Shown here piece by piece: positions 1-10,421 of a DNA stretch of 42,695 nt. How positions within the stretch are numbered: position 1 is the first letter of the stretch; the number at the start of each line of letters is the position of its first letter. The notes under the pieces were generated by a model that searched no databases, had not been told where the DNA came from, and saw only the letters and a list, made by a program, of their open reading frames with translations. The stretch comes from Promethearchaeota archaeon (GTDB lineage Archaea; Asgardarchaeota; Lokiarchaeia; Sigyniarchaeales; SOKP01): NCBI GenBank assembly GCA_048938025.1, contig JBHLMP010000034.1, positions 1 to 42,695 of the forward strand. The letters are read 5' to 3'. The position numbers and the translations under genes were made by a program.

Positions 1-1248
1 GCATTGGAAATAGTAAATAAATTTCTTGTTGATGAAAATAATATTATAATTAATCCATTATTTGAGATAATCGAAAAATATGGAGGGGTTGATGAGATCA
101 ATAAAAAAGCTAAAGATGCTGGTAGATTAGATAATATCTTAAGCAAATTAGAAAATAAAAAGCCTGATTATGTACAGGATATAGAATGGCTAATTGAACA
201 AAGAGATAATGATGCTTTTATTAGTATACCTGAGTATAGAAAGAAAATTCTCGGAGATAAATTATCAGAAATGACCTTTAATAAAGATTATGCTGTAACG
301 TTAGAATTATCCGCTTGTCAATATTTTCCATTTTTTATAGATATAGCAAAAGCAGCTATTGGAGATCAGAATCTAATGCCGGGTAGAATAATCCGCGTAA
401 GAAAAATGAGGGAACAAGAAGAAGATGGCGATTTATTAGCTATGGCTGCTGCCATGCAAGTTATCGGCGCTACTTACGTAGAAACATTAGATACCAAAGG
501 AACTGCACCTGGTCCTGATGGACTGCCTGTAAATGTGCATCTTGGTGGACCAGAAACTATCACCGGTTATTTTGGAGGGGTGGGGCAACCAAATGATTTT
601 GCCTTAAAATGGATTGATGAATATCTTTATTATTACACTAATTATGGTGTCAAGCAAGTTCTAAATGTTAATCCTGGAACTGTTTTGCTTGGATATTTTA
701 TTCATAAATTAGGGATTAATAATGAATTTAAAATATCAGTATATATGGGAAATGATAATCCATACGCTTGCTTGTGGACTCTTTTAACAGCTAAATTATT
801 TGCCAGAGAAGATGGAACCAGTCCGTTGATTGGTTTTAATCTTGCTAATTCAATAAATAATGAAACAATAGAACTCACTGGTTATATTAGGAAAGCATTT
901 GATTTTGAAGATGTTATCAGATTTGAACATCATGTGATTGAGACACAGAAAAGTATTGTACGTCAACCATATGATAAAAGAGAAGAATTATTGGAAGTTG
1001 CTAAGAAAGTGAAAAATATCAGTGCTAAACATGAAGGTGGTGATGTAGAAACAGATAAAAATAGAGAACATCCTTCAGATATATTAGATTATTTTAGAGA
1101 TAAACAAGAGATTATTGATTCAGGCCATTGGGAATTTATGCGAAGAAACCACCTTGATAGATATCTGGCTATTAATACTACAGCTAAGGTATTAACTCAA
1201 AATGGAATTGATATTATTGCTGCCCAAAATCTTCATAAATATAAATAA
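1..1248 (+). CDS. Conserved hypothetical protein, probably an enzyme; likely 5'-truncated by the window edge
   Basis: The frame is open from position 1 (GCA TTG GAA...) and the ORF is at least 414 aa. It has conserved-looking motifs (LELSACQYFP, GGPETITGYFGGVGQPN, EFKISV, RFEHH, SAKHEGG). I recognise no family with confidence. The gap to the next gene is 22 nt. Confidence 0.8.
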   Translation, partial: ALEIVNKFLVDENNIIINPLFEIIEKYGGVDEINKKAKDAGRLDNILSKLENKKPDYVQDIEWLIEQRDNDAFISIPEYRKKILGDKLSEMTFNKDYAVTLELSACQYFPFFIDIAKAAIGDQNLMPGRIIRVRKMREQEEDGDLLAMAAAMQVIGATYVETLDTKGTAPGPDGLPVNVHLGGPETITGYFGGVGQPNDFALKWIDEYLYYYTNYGVKQVLNVNPGTVLLGYFIHKLGINNEFKISVYMGNDNPYACLWTLLTAKLFAREDGTSPLIGFNLANSINNETIELTGYIRKAFDFEDVIRFEHHVIETQKSIVRQPYDKREELLEVAKKVKNISAKHEGGDVETDKNREHPSDILDYFRDKQEIIDSGHWEFMRRNHLDRYLAINTTAKVLTQNGIDIIAAQNLHKYK

Positions 1249-1270
1249 ATTGAAGGGAGATGATTAAGAT

Positions 1271-2758
1271 ATGGGAAAATTTGACTTTCGACCTACAGGA
1301 GTTATGCCTGCATTAGTGACTCCCTTTAATAAAGATGAATCAATAAATGAAGAACAATTAAGGAATTTAATTAATTTTTTGATTGGGCAAGGGGTTACTG
1401 GACTTGTTCCTGTTGGTACTACAGGCGAATTTGTTAATATGACTATTGAGGAACGCAAAAAAGTAATTGAAATTGTAGTTGACGAAACAAATGGGCGAGT
1501 TCCGGTTATCGCAGGAACCGGAGAGACAGGAACTAAATTGGTAATTGATGCTACAAAAGCTGCAACTGATATAGGTGCTGATGCGGTTTTAATAGTCACC
1601 CCCTATTATTTAAAACCCAAAGCAAAAGGATTATATGATCATTATTTTACTATTGCTGAAAAAACAGACATACCTATCGTACTCTATAATATTCCTGCTT
1701 GTACAGGTATAGAATTGCCTTGGACAGTCGTAGAAGATCTGGTAGATATCGAAAATATTGTTGCCATTAAAGACTCTAGTGGTGATTATAAATATTTTTC
1801 AGCATTATTGGAAAAAGTAAGTGATAAGATTTCAGTACTTATTGGCTGGGATGAAAATGTGCTAGGAGCTTTAGCTGGAGGAGCTGCTGGCTGTATACTT
1901 GGTTCTGCAAATGTATTTCCTAAAATTTGGCTCGAAATTTATAATCATGTGAAAAATAATCGTTTAGAAGAAGCTCAAATACTTCAAAAAAAGGTTCAAA
2001 AATTAGCAAGACTTTTAATAAGTTCAGGCGCACTTGGAGTTAAATCTTGTTTAAATATGATGAAAGTGCCTGTTGGGAAAACTAGGCAACCCATTGTTGT
2101 AGGTGACACACTTTCTTATGAAATTAAGGATGAATTAAGAGTCGAGCTTGAGAAATTAGGATTGATAGAAAAGACAGAAATTCAATTTCAATTTGGAGAA
2201 AAGCCATTAACAAGTCGTTTCTATGCTGTTGGAATTACTCCTAAAAAAATATCAGATTTCGAGTTAAAAGTAGGGGAATCCCTTGTAGGCAATCGGGCTG
2301 AATTAGCCCATATTGACCTTCTTATTGGTACAAAAAATGGACCTGTTGGACAAGCTTATGCTCAAGCTTTAGCTAATCCGGAAGAAGGGCGTGAAGGACT
2401 TCAAGTCATACTTGAACCAAATATGCAAGTAAAGCCACCAACAATCATGATTCCAACCGTCCGTCCTACTTCTCTTCGTCACGCAAGTCTAACGTATGGA
2501 CCTGCTCAAGCAGCTATAGCTAAAGCTGTAATGCAATGTGTAGAAGATGGTATACTTCCAAAAGAGTTATCTGATGACTTAGTTTTAATCGTAAATGTCT
2601 TTGTTCATCCAAGTGCGAGTGCTAGAAAGAGAATTTTTATAAATAATTATAAGGCAACTCGTAATGCAATTCGAAAAGCAATGGAAGGCTTACCAACTGT
2701 GGATGATGCTATTGAAAATGCTGAAAGTGCTAGACATCCATTTAGAAACGATCCTTAA
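1271..2758 (+). CDS. DapA/NAL-family class I aldolase fused to a C-terminal formaldehyde-activating enzyme (Fae) domain
   Basis: N-terminal DapA-like motifs: ALVTPF, GTTGEF, VPVIAGTG, PYY, LYNIP(A)CTG and the Schiff-base Lys in IKDSSG (K167). C-terminal Fae motifs from about 2261: VGESLVG, ELAHIDLLIG, GPVGQA, VKPPT, GPAQAAIAKAV, VFVHP, NYKAT and terminal HPF. Confidence 0.9.
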   Translation: MGKFDFRPTGVMPALVTPFNKDESINEEQLRNLINFLIGQGVTGLVPVGTTGEFVNMTIEERKKVIEIVVDETNGRVPVIAGTGETGTKLVIDATKAATDIGADAVLIVTPYYLKPKAKGLYDHYFTIAEKTDIPIVLYNIPACTGIELPWTVVEDLVDIENIVAIKDSSGDYKYFSALLEKVSDKISVLIGWDENVLGALAGGAAGCILGSANVFPKIWLEIYNHVKNNRLEEAQILQKKVQKLARLLISSGALGVKSCLNMMKVPVGKTRQPIVVGDTLSYEIKDELRVELEKLGLIEKTEIQFQFGEKPLTSRFYAVGITPKKISDFELKVGESLVGNRAELAHIDLLIGTKNGPVGQAYAQALANPEEGREGLQVILEPNMQVKPPTIMIPTVRPTSLRHASLTYGPAQAAIAKAVMQCVEDGILPKELSDDLVLIVNVFVHPSASARKRIFINNYKATRNAIRKAMEGLPTVDDAIENAESARHPFRNDP

Positions 2759-2907
2759 AAAACGAGTACTTTTTTTCATCTTTTTATATTTTATTAATTT
2801 ATTTCTTCTATAATTTTAATTTAGTAAATTCTTTTTATAGAATTTTAATACATTATAATGCGTATATTGATAATTTTAAGAATTTACTTATAATTAATAG
2901 TAAATTA

Positions 2908-3423
2908 ATGAATAATGGAATAATAGAGATGACCTATAAGATGACACAGGTACTAGATTTGAAATTAGGAAGTAAAGCGCCTGAATTTATTCTTCCCGAT
3001 AAAGACAAAAAAGAAATATCTTTAAAAGATTTTGAAGGAAAATACGTAATCCTATACTTTTACCCAAAAGATAACACTCCAGCATGCACAACTGAAGCCA
3101 TTGGATTTACAGGCATTTTACCAGCACTACAAAAATTAGATGCTGTAGTTATCGGTATTAGTCCTGATACACCTGAATCTCATGCGAAATTCATTGAAAA
3201 GAGAAATTTGAAAGTAGTTCTTTTAAGTGATGTAGATAAAAAAGTAATTAAAAAATATGGTAAATGGGGAAAGAAAAAGTTTAGAGGGAAAGAATACATA
3301 GGCGTTATTCGGAGTACTTTTTTAATAGATCCAGATGGTAAGATCGCACATATTTGGCCTACGGTTTCTGTAAAAGGGCATCCGGAAGATGTTGAAAGAG
3401 TATTAAAAGAATTAATAAAATAA
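2908..3423 (+). CDS. bcp: Peroxiredoxin, Bcp/PrxQ family (true start may be a downstream ATG at 2929 or 2941)
   Basis: Motifs LYFYPKDNTPACTTEA (peroxidatic Cys), GISPD, LLSD and RSTFLIDPDG. Confidence 0.9.
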   Translation: MNNGIIEMTYKMTQVLDLKLGSKAPEFILPDKDKKEISLKDFEGKYVILYFYPKDNTPACTTEAIGFTGILPALQKLDAVVIGISPDTPESHAKFIEKRNLKVVLLSDVDKKVIKKYGKWGKKKFRGKEYIGVIRSTFLIDPDGKIAHIWPTVSVKGHPEDVERVLKELIK

Positions 3424-3489
3424 TTCTCTTTTTTATATTCTTTTTTATTGAAATTTATTTAATTATAAAATCCCAATTAATTTTAACTT

Positions 3490-4074
3490 ATGAATGTTAT
3501 AGATGCTATAAAAGAAAGGAGAGCTTATCGTTCTCTTGAGTTTGTCAAAATATCAGATGAATTAATTACTGATTTGGCTAGTACAGCTCAAATTGCTCCT
3601 TCTTGTATGAACAAACAACCTTGGAATTTTATTTTTGTAAAAGAAAAAGAACAACTAGAAAAGTTATTTACGACTCTTACAAAAGGAAATAAATGGGTAG
3701 AGAAAGCTTCGATGATTATTGCGGTTTTTAGTAAACCGGAATATGATTGTATAATTAGTGAACGCCTTTATTATTTATTTGATACAGGTTTAGCGACAGC
3801 ATTTATTATCTTACGCGCTACAGAATTGGGTTTAGTCGCTCATCCAATTGCAGGCTTTAATGAAGAAGAAGCAAAGAAAATTTTAGATATCCCTAAAGAA
3901 TTTAGGCTTATTACACTAGTAAACATCGGAAAAAAATCTGATATTATTAACCCTGTTCTTTCTAACGCAATGAAGTTAGGAGAAAAACAAAGACCCCCAA
4001 GAAAGCAATTAGAAGAGTTTATATATCTTGACCGTTATAATAATAAATTTATAGACAAGGGGAATAATATATGA
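3490..4074 (+). CDS. Nitroreductase family flavoprotein
   Basis: Motifs [21 protein letters not shown] and LRATELGL. Overlaps the next gene by 4 nt (ATGA). Confidence 0.88.
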   Translation: MNVIDAIKERRAYRSLEFVKISDELITDLASTAQIAPSCMNKQPWNFIFVKEKEQLEKLFTTLTKGNKWVEKASMIIAVFSKPEYDCIISERLYYLFDTGLATAFIILRATELGLVAHPIAGFNEEEAKKILDIPKEFRLITLVNIGKKSDIINPVLSNAMKLGEKQRPPRKQLEEFIYLDRYNNKFIDKGNNI

Positions 4075-6161
4075 GAAACCATTTATCAAATGAAAAAAGT
4101 CCCTATCTACTTCAACATGCCGAAAATCCTGTTGATTGGTATCCATGGGGAGAAGAAGCTTTTCAAAAGTCTAAAGAGGAGAATAAACCAATCTTCTTGT
4201 CAATAGGGTATTCTACCTGTCACTGGTGTCATGTAATGGCTCATGAGTCTTTTGAAGACGATAAAGTGGCAAAACTAATGAATGAGGTATTTGTATCGAT
4301 CAAAGTTGACAGAGAAGAACGTCCAGATATTGATAAAATTTATATGACAGTTTGTCAGATGATGACAGGAAGCGGAGGATGGCCTTTAACTATAATAATG
4401 ACCCCTGACAAGAAACCTTTCTTTGCAGGTACATATTTTCCGAAAGAAAGTCGGTTTGGACGTATAGGACTTATCGATTTAATAAACCGGATAAAAAGTC
4501 TTTGGCATCATAATAAGAATGAAATTTTAGATTCTGCTGAACGAATTACAATGTCTTTACAGAATATTGATCAAGAAGCTCCAGGAGATAAACTGAACAA
4601 AAACATTCTGACTAAAGCATATAATCAGTTAAAAATTAGCTTTGATGATAAAAACGGTGGATTCAACGAACGCCCAAAATTTCCAACACCTCATAATCTT
4701 TTATTCTTACTTCGGTATTGGAAACGAACAGGAGAGGACAAAGCTTTAGAAATGGTTGAAAAAACACTCCAAGCAATGAGAAAAGGTGGAATTTATGATC
4801 ATATTGGTTTTGGAATTCATCGGTATTCAACAGATTCAACCTGGCTTGTTCCTCACTTCGAAAAGATGCTTTATGATCAAGCATTAGTAGCTATGGCATA
4901 TATAGAGGCATATCAAGCCACAACAAAATCAGAATATAAAAATACTGCTCAAGAAATATTTGAATATGTTTTACGTGATATGACTTCACCTGAAGGAGGA
5001 TTTTATTCAGCAGAGGATGCTGACAGTGAGGGAGAAGAAGGGAAATTTTACGTATGGACGATAGAAAGCATTAGAAAAGTGCTTGAGACAGAAGAATTGG
5101 AATTAGCAATAACAACTTTTAATATTAAAGAATCAGGTAATTATCTAGAAGAATCAACTGGCAGAAGAACTGGACAAAATATATTACACATTACGAAATC
5201 TTTTACAGAAATTTCAAATGAACTTGATATTTCAGAAAAAGTGTTAATATCAAAAATCGAGGATATACGCAAAAAGTTATTTAAGGCACGTGAGATGAGA
5301 ATTCATCCTCATAAAGACGATAAAATCTTAGTTGATTGGAATGGATTAATGATCGCAGCATTAGCAAAAGGAGCATATAGCTTTAATGAAAAAAAATATT
5401 TGGAAGCAGCTGAAAAAGCTACTAAATTTATAATATCATCAATGCGATCATCAAATGGTAGGTTATTGCATCGATATCGAGAAGGTGCTGGTGAAATTAA
5501 TGCTTATTTAACTGATTATGCTTTCTTCATTTGGGGTTTAATTGAATTATATGAGGCTACTTTTGATATTTTTTTTCTTAAAACGGCTCTTGAATTACAT
5601 GAAATTCAAATCAAACATTTTTGGGATGACAATATCGGCGGGTTTTTTTTCACAGCGGATGATAGTGAAAAGCTATTAACAAGACAAAAAGAGATCTATG
5701 ATGGGGCTATCCCATCTGGAAACTCTGTTGCGATGTTGAATTTATTAAGATTAAGTTATTTCACAGGTGAACATGAATTAGAAGAAAAAGCCGATATTAT
5801 AGGCAGAACATTTACGGAAAAATTAAGTAATACTCCTGTAGCTTATACGAATTTCATGATAGCAGCAGATTTTGCAGTAGGTCCAACCTATTCTTTAGTA
5901 ATTGCTGGAAATACTGATAGTAATAATACTAATGAAATGATTTCTATAATACGAGATAAATATATTCCTAATAAAATTCTAATGCATAGAAAAACAGAAA
6001 AAAATCCACCAGATATTGACAAATTCTCAAACTTTGTTCAATTTTTTGATAATCTCGATGGAGTTGCTACAGCATACGTTTGTATTAATAAAACTTGTAA
6101 ACCCCCAACCCATGATCTCAAGCAAATGATTGAGTTTCTTAATTCAGATTGGAGTAATTAA
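4071..6161 (+). CDS. Thioredoxin-domain protein, YyaL/SSP411 (DUF255) family
   Basis: Motifs [64 protein letters not shown] and DGAIPSGNS. Confidence 0.93.
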   Translation: MRNHLSNEKSPYLLQHAENPVDWYPWGEEAFQKSKEENKPIFLSIGYSTCHWCHVMAHESFEDDKVAKLMNEVFVSIKVDREERPDIDKIYMTVCQMMTGSGGWPLTIIMTPDKKPFFAGTYFPKESRFGRIGLIDLINRIKSLWHHNKNEILDSAERITMSLQNIDQEAPGDKLNKNILTKAYNQLKISFDDKNGGFNERPKFPTPHNLLFLLRYWKRTGEDKALEMVEKTLQAMRKGGIYDHIGFGIHRYSTDSTWLVPHFEKMLYDQALVAMAYIEAYQATTKSEYKNTAQEIFEYVLRDMTSPEGGFYSAEDADSEGEEGKFYVWTIESIRKVLETEELELAITTFNIKESGNYLEESTGRRTGQNILHITKSFTEISNELDISEKVLISKIEDIRKKLFKAREMRIHPHKDDKILVDWNGLMIAALAKGAYSFNEKKYLEAAEKATKFIISSMRSSNGRLLHRYREGAGEINAYLTDYAFFIWGLIELYEATFDIFFLKTALELHEIQIKHFWDDNIGGFFFTADDSEKLLTRQKEIYDGAIPSGNSVAMLNLLRLSYFTGEHELEEKADIIGRTFTEKLSNTPVAYTNFMIAADFAVGPTYSLVIAGNTDSNNTNEMISIIRDKYIPNKILMHRKTEKNPPDIDKFSNFVQFFDNLDGVATAYVCINKTCKPPTHDLKQMIEFLNSDWSN

Positions 6162-6197
6162 TTTTTAATTAGTAAAAGAAATATAATTTATAGTCAT

Positions 6198-6878
6198 TTA
6201 TTCAATTTTATATCCACTTTCTTCCCAGGCTTTTCTCATTCTTGGATTATTTTTAAGAAATTCATCAACTATTTCTTTTGGAACACGATTCAAAGGGCAA
6301 GAAAAATTAACACAAACAGGGCACGTTTTTAATTGTATTATTGTAATCCATATTCCTATTCCTATTAAAGTCAAAATCAACATTAAAAATTGCTCTCCAA
6401 TAATTAAAAATGGTATAGGATATCCAATGAGGATTCCAGCTCCAATTAAAAATTGAATTTTTTCTGATTTTTTCATAGGCTCGGGATGAAATCTCGAAAT
6501 CTTATAAGCACCTCTATTTATATCACAATGAAGAGTTTTTTGAGTATTATCTGCGTAATAAGGGCAATGACTACATAGCATCCTGCTTTCCCATACACAA
6601 AAAAAGAAGAGAGCATAAATAATCCACCCTATTAGAATCATGGATAATATGCTGGTTTCAAATCCAGAAAAGAAGATTCCAATAAGAGCAGGAATTAATG
6701 CGGCAAGGAATCCTATACCAAAATACATACTATATTTTATATGAACATGACAATGTAGTTCATTATTAATATTGCATTTTGAACATTCTGAGATATCTTT
6801 CCAAATGCAAATTTCGTGAGTAATTGACTCTTTTTCTTTATCTATTAGTTTAGAATTAAACTTATCATTAGTTTGCAT
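6198..6878 (-). CDS. Four-helix membrane protein with Cys/His metal-binding clusters
   Basis: Four hydrophobic segments, with motifs CxxC..HC, LCSHCPYY..HC and CPVCVNFSCPLNRVP. Confidence 0.75.
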   Translation of the reverse strand: MQTNDKFNSKLIDKEKESITHEICIWKDISECSKCNINNELHCHVHIKYSMYFGIGFLAALIPALIGIFFSGFETSILSMILIGWIIYALFFFCVWESRMLCSHCPYYADNTQKTLHCDINRGAYKISRFHPEPMKKSEKIQFLIGAGILIGYPIPFLIIGEQFLMLILTLIGIGIWITIIQLKTCPVCVNFSCPLNRVPKEIVDEFLKNNPRMRKAWEESGYKIE

Positions 6879-6979
6879 TGATTTAAAAACTATGGTAATT
6901 TAAAAATTTAAAACACTAACTTACATTAAATTATAGAAATTTAAAAAAAAAATTTTTAGAATTTATTAAAAATTAGATA

Positions 6980-7270
6980 TTACTTTTCTCTATAATCTTC
7001 CGCATCTGCTATTTGCATTTCTGCAATCGAATCAATTCCAATCCCTTTAACATTTTCATCCCATACTTTTCGGATTGATTCAGCATCTTTTGCATTCCAT
7101 TCGCAATATAGTTTTTCATGATCTAATACTGCCCAAGTTCTTACCCAATAGGCGTCATAATTACAAGCTTTCCTCAAGTTAATTATCATTCTATTTTGTT
7201 CTGGCGGAATTTCTACCATTTGCTCCAACTGTTTTCTTGGTACAGAATGAACTACAATAAATTTTGGCAT
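6980..7270 (-). CDS. DUF4242/SCO4226-like small protein
   Basis: Pattern MPKFIVVH...WVRTW...KLYCEWNAKDAESIR. SD motif GAGGT lies 6 nt upstream. Confidence 0.65.
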   Translation of the reverse strand: MPKFIVVHSVPRKQLEQMVEIPPEQNRMIINLRKACNYDAYWVRTWAVLDHEKLYCEWNAKDAESIRKVWDENVKGIGIDSIAEMQIADAEDYREK

Positions 7271-7601
7271 TTTTAAACCTCTCTTTAAATTTTTTAATAT
7301 TTAAAATATATTTTTGAATTTCTATAGAAAATTATTTCTATCATATATTTATGTACAAATATAATATATATTTTTTTAAAAAATTAAATTAGTAGACTTA
7401 TTTAAACCTATTTAGAATATCCTTCTTAGAATTTTAATTTTATATTATTAATTTGATTAAAATTGTTATATTTTTATATAAATTAAAAGATTTTTGACAA
7501 CTAATTATCTTAAATAAATCTAAATTTCTTATTTGAGAAGTGAATTTAAAAAGAAATATTAACTATAGATCATCGAATAAAATTTTAAAAAATGTACACC
7601 A

Positions 7602-8834
7602 ATGCCTAAAGAACAAATTAAAAAAATTGAATTAATAAGTAAGTTCTTAGATAAAGCCAAAGTGATAAACTTTGATAAAATAAATACAATTGATGATATA
7701 ATCAAATTACCTATTTCAACTTTTAATTTCTTGAGTGATGCTGATGTAGAATTAATTTATGATTTATTCGAAATTAGTAGTATAGGACAATTCGCGTCTT
7801 TGGATTATTTACAACCATTCAAAATTTTATATAAAGACAAAAAAACTAAAAGAAAAATTGAGCATATATTACAAACAGATTTAGAAATTGAAGAAAAGGT
7901 TAAAAAAGCAGTTGTTATAGGTAAAATTATATACCAAATAAAAGAAGAATCAATCTCCTTTTTGACAAAAGAGCAAAAAGTTATTGTTGTTGGTTTAAGT
8001 AATGCGGGAAAAACAACAATATTGAAAAAATTTGGTGGACAGATTGGTATAAAAGATCTAGCTAAATTAAGTCCAACAAAAGGAGTGGAACGTCATGAAA
8101 TAATAACTTCAGATTTAGTTTTAATAGTTTGGGATTTTGGTGGTCAGCAAGATTATAGAAAAATGTATCTTCAAGAACCTGATAAATATTTTTTAAAAGT
8201 TGATTTAATAATATATGTCATTGACCTTCAAGATCCAGAAAAATTCGAAGAAAGTATTAAATATTTTAAAGAAATAATTGAAATTATCGAAAAACTTGAA
8301 GAAAATCCCTACATCTTAATTTTCATACACAAATTTGATCCTGATGTAAAAGATAATCCAGAATTATTGCTTAATATTGAAGTTGTGAAAGATTTAATTA
8401 AAGAGGTTTTCAAAAATAAAAAAAAATTGGATTATGACATATATTTAAGTTCCATATATTCAATATTAGCAAAAGAACCAAAATTTTCAAGATATCTTAA
8501 AGATACTATGGTAAAAACTGCAACTTTAACGGATCATAAATTAGAAGGAATGGCATCCATTTTAGAATCTACCTTAAATGGAATTATTAGATTATCAGAA
8601 ACAGTAATGACACAATTTAATGAAATAGATAATCGCCTTAGAATAATAGAAGGTGAAGAACCAATCTCAAATAGGGCACATTCTTCAATACCCTCTCCAG
8701 AATATTCTTCAATAACTCCATTTGCTTCACATTCAAGTCACAATACTGGAAAAAAAGTAGTACCTAATCGAATTAAAAATGTAAGAGTTGCTGTTCTTGA
8801 CGAACTAAAAGAATTATTTGAAAAAAGAAAATAG
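7602..8834 (+). CDS. Small GTPase (Rag/Arf-like) with long N- and C-terminal extensions
   Basis: G1 GLSNAGKT, G2 SPTKG, G3 WDFGGQ, G4 HKFD and G5-like SSIY. About 120 aa N-terminal extension and about 120 aa C-terminal tail. Confidence 0.88.
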   Translation: MPKEQIKKIELISKFLDKAKVINFDKINTIDDIIKLPISTFNFLSDADVELIYDLFEISSIGQFASLDYLQPFKILYKDKKTKRKIEHILQTDLEIEEKVKKAVVIGKIIYQIKEESISFLTKEQKVIVVGLSNAGKTTILKKFGGQIGIKDLAKLSPTKGVERHEIITSDLVLIVWDFGGQQDYRKMYLQEPDKYFLKVDLIIYVIDLQDPEKFEESIKYFKEIIEIIEKLEENPYILIFIHKFDPDVKDNPELLLNIEVVKDLIKEVFKNKKKLDYDIYLSSIYSILAKEPKFSRYLKDTMVKTATLTDHKLEGMASILESTLNGIIRLSETVMTQFNEIDNRLRIIEGEEPISNRAHSSIPSPEYSSITPFASHSSHNTGKKVVPNRIKNVRVAVLDELKELFEKRK

Positions 8835-9131
8835 AAAAATAAAGAAATAGTATAGTATATTTTGTTAAAAATTAGTTGATTTCTTGATAAAATTAAAGTT
8901 GTTTTTCAAATAAGTAAAAATACTTTAAAAATATTTATGATGGAATCGTAATCTTAATTTATCGAGTAAGATTGAGAAAAACCATTTTAACTATTTATAA
9001 TAATCACTCTTTTTAAAATAAAACATAAATTAGAAAAATATAGTAAATTTATCTTATACAGAATTTAAATTAATGAATTTTATTTTAGAAAAATAATAAC
9101 ATCTAAGGATAGGATTACTAATAATTAGTAG

Positions 9132-10337
9132 GTGAATAACATTTCAGGGGATATCTTTAAAAATGTAATTGCTATGGCAAATTATTGTTATAGTTGTAAT
9201 CGATGTGTTAATGTATGTCCACTTTCCCACATAGATGTTTTCTATCCTCAAAAATTAGTAGTAGATTTACTTTTTTCACCATTAAAAGAGGTTTTAGAAA
9301 ACCATAATATATGGGCTTGTCTTACTTGTGGTCAATGCACCAATTATTGTCCAATGACTCGAGAGAGTGTTGGTGTGAGATTCCCAGAATTAATATTAGA
9401 ATTGAGAAAATTAGCGTTTAATGATATAAGTCAATTAGACAAAATCATTCAATGTGAAACTCATGATGATATATTTCCACTCATTTCAAAAATTATGTCG
9501 GATGATAACTTACATCCCAATAAATTAGAATTTTTAGAAAAGACTTCTTTAACGACGACAGATTCAGGTGAAATCGCATATTTTGTTGGATGTTTACCTC
9601 TTATGGAAACTATTTTTTATAAATCAGATATCAAATATATAAATACACCAAAAACTATAATAGGTTTACTTAATGAGGCAAATATAGTGCCAGTTGTATT
9701 GAATGAAAAATGCTGTGGACATGATACTTTATGGAGAGGGGATATTAATACATTTAAAAAGCTCGCCGAATATAATGTTAAACTTTATAGAGATGCTGGG
9801 GTTAAAACAATTATTTTAGGATGTGCTGAAGGATATAGAACCTGGAAGTTTGACTATCCAAAGATTATAAAAGATTATGACTTTAAGATTATGCATTTCT
9901 CTGAGTTTTTTCTCAAAGAAAAAATCCTTGATGATGTTAGATTTCCACAAGAAATAAAGATAAAAGTTACATATCATGATGCATGCCGATTAGGACGCTT
10001 AGGAGGAAAATTATATGATGCTCCACGGGAATTACTTAAACAAATTCCTGGAGTTGAACTAATTGAAATGGAAAACATTAGAGATGATGCAAATTGTTGT
10101 GGGGTCTCAGCTTTTATGGGATGTAATGAATCAACTCGTACTTTTAGACAGAATCGTATTATTGAAGCAATAGAAACCGGGGCTGAATATTTAATTGTAC
10201 CTTGTCCAAAATGTTTAACACATTTCGATTGCTATCTTAATGAACCGTCCTTAGAAAATGAACATAAAAATTTGAAAAATAAAATTAAAGTTATAGATTT
10301 GGCAAGCTTTATTGGAGAATTGCTTTTCCTTGTTTAA
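9132..10337 (+). CDS. hdrD: HdrD-like Fe-S oxidoreductase (two 4Fe-4S motifs plus two CCG domains)
   Basis: Motifs CYSCNRCVNVCP, CLTCGQCTNYCP, YFVGC, KCCG, TYHDACRLGR, NCCG and PCPKC. Confidence 0.85.
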   Translation: MNNISGDIFKNVIAMANYCYSCNRCVNVCPLSHIDVFYPQKLVVDLLFSPLKEVLENHNIWACLTCGQCTNYCPMTRESVGVRFPELILELRKLAFNDISQLDKIIQCETHDDIFPLISKIMSDDNLHPNKLEFLEKTSLTTTDSGEIAYFVGCLPLMETIFYKSDIKYINTPKTIIGLLNEANIVPVVLNEKCCGHDTLWRGDINTFKKLAEYNVKLYRDAGVKTIILGCAEGYRTWKFDYPKIIKDYDFKIMHFSEFFLKEKILDDVRFPQEIKIKVTYHDACRLGRLGGKLYDAPRELLKQIPGVELIEMENIRDDANCCGVSAFMGCNESTRTFRQNRIIEAIETGAEYLIVPCPKCLTHFDCYLNEPSLENEHKNLKNKIKVIDLASFIGELLFLV

Positions 10338-10421
10338 AAACGATAGGGTGTAAAAAAAATGATATATAACTTTTTTTCAAATAAATGAACTTAATGAATT
10401 CTCAATAATGGAGGGATATAA

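Noticed and set aside
1271-2200. Annotating the N-terminal domain as true DapA (lysine biosynthesis)
   Set aside because: The Arg138 and Asp187 equivalents are replaced by Cys and Trp, and there is no dapB, asd or lysC nearby. The gene symbol is withheld.
8903-8925. Partial match to the TTTTCA-N4-AGTA motif upstream of hdrD
   Set aside because: The right half-site is missing, so it is plausible by chance in AT-rich DNA.
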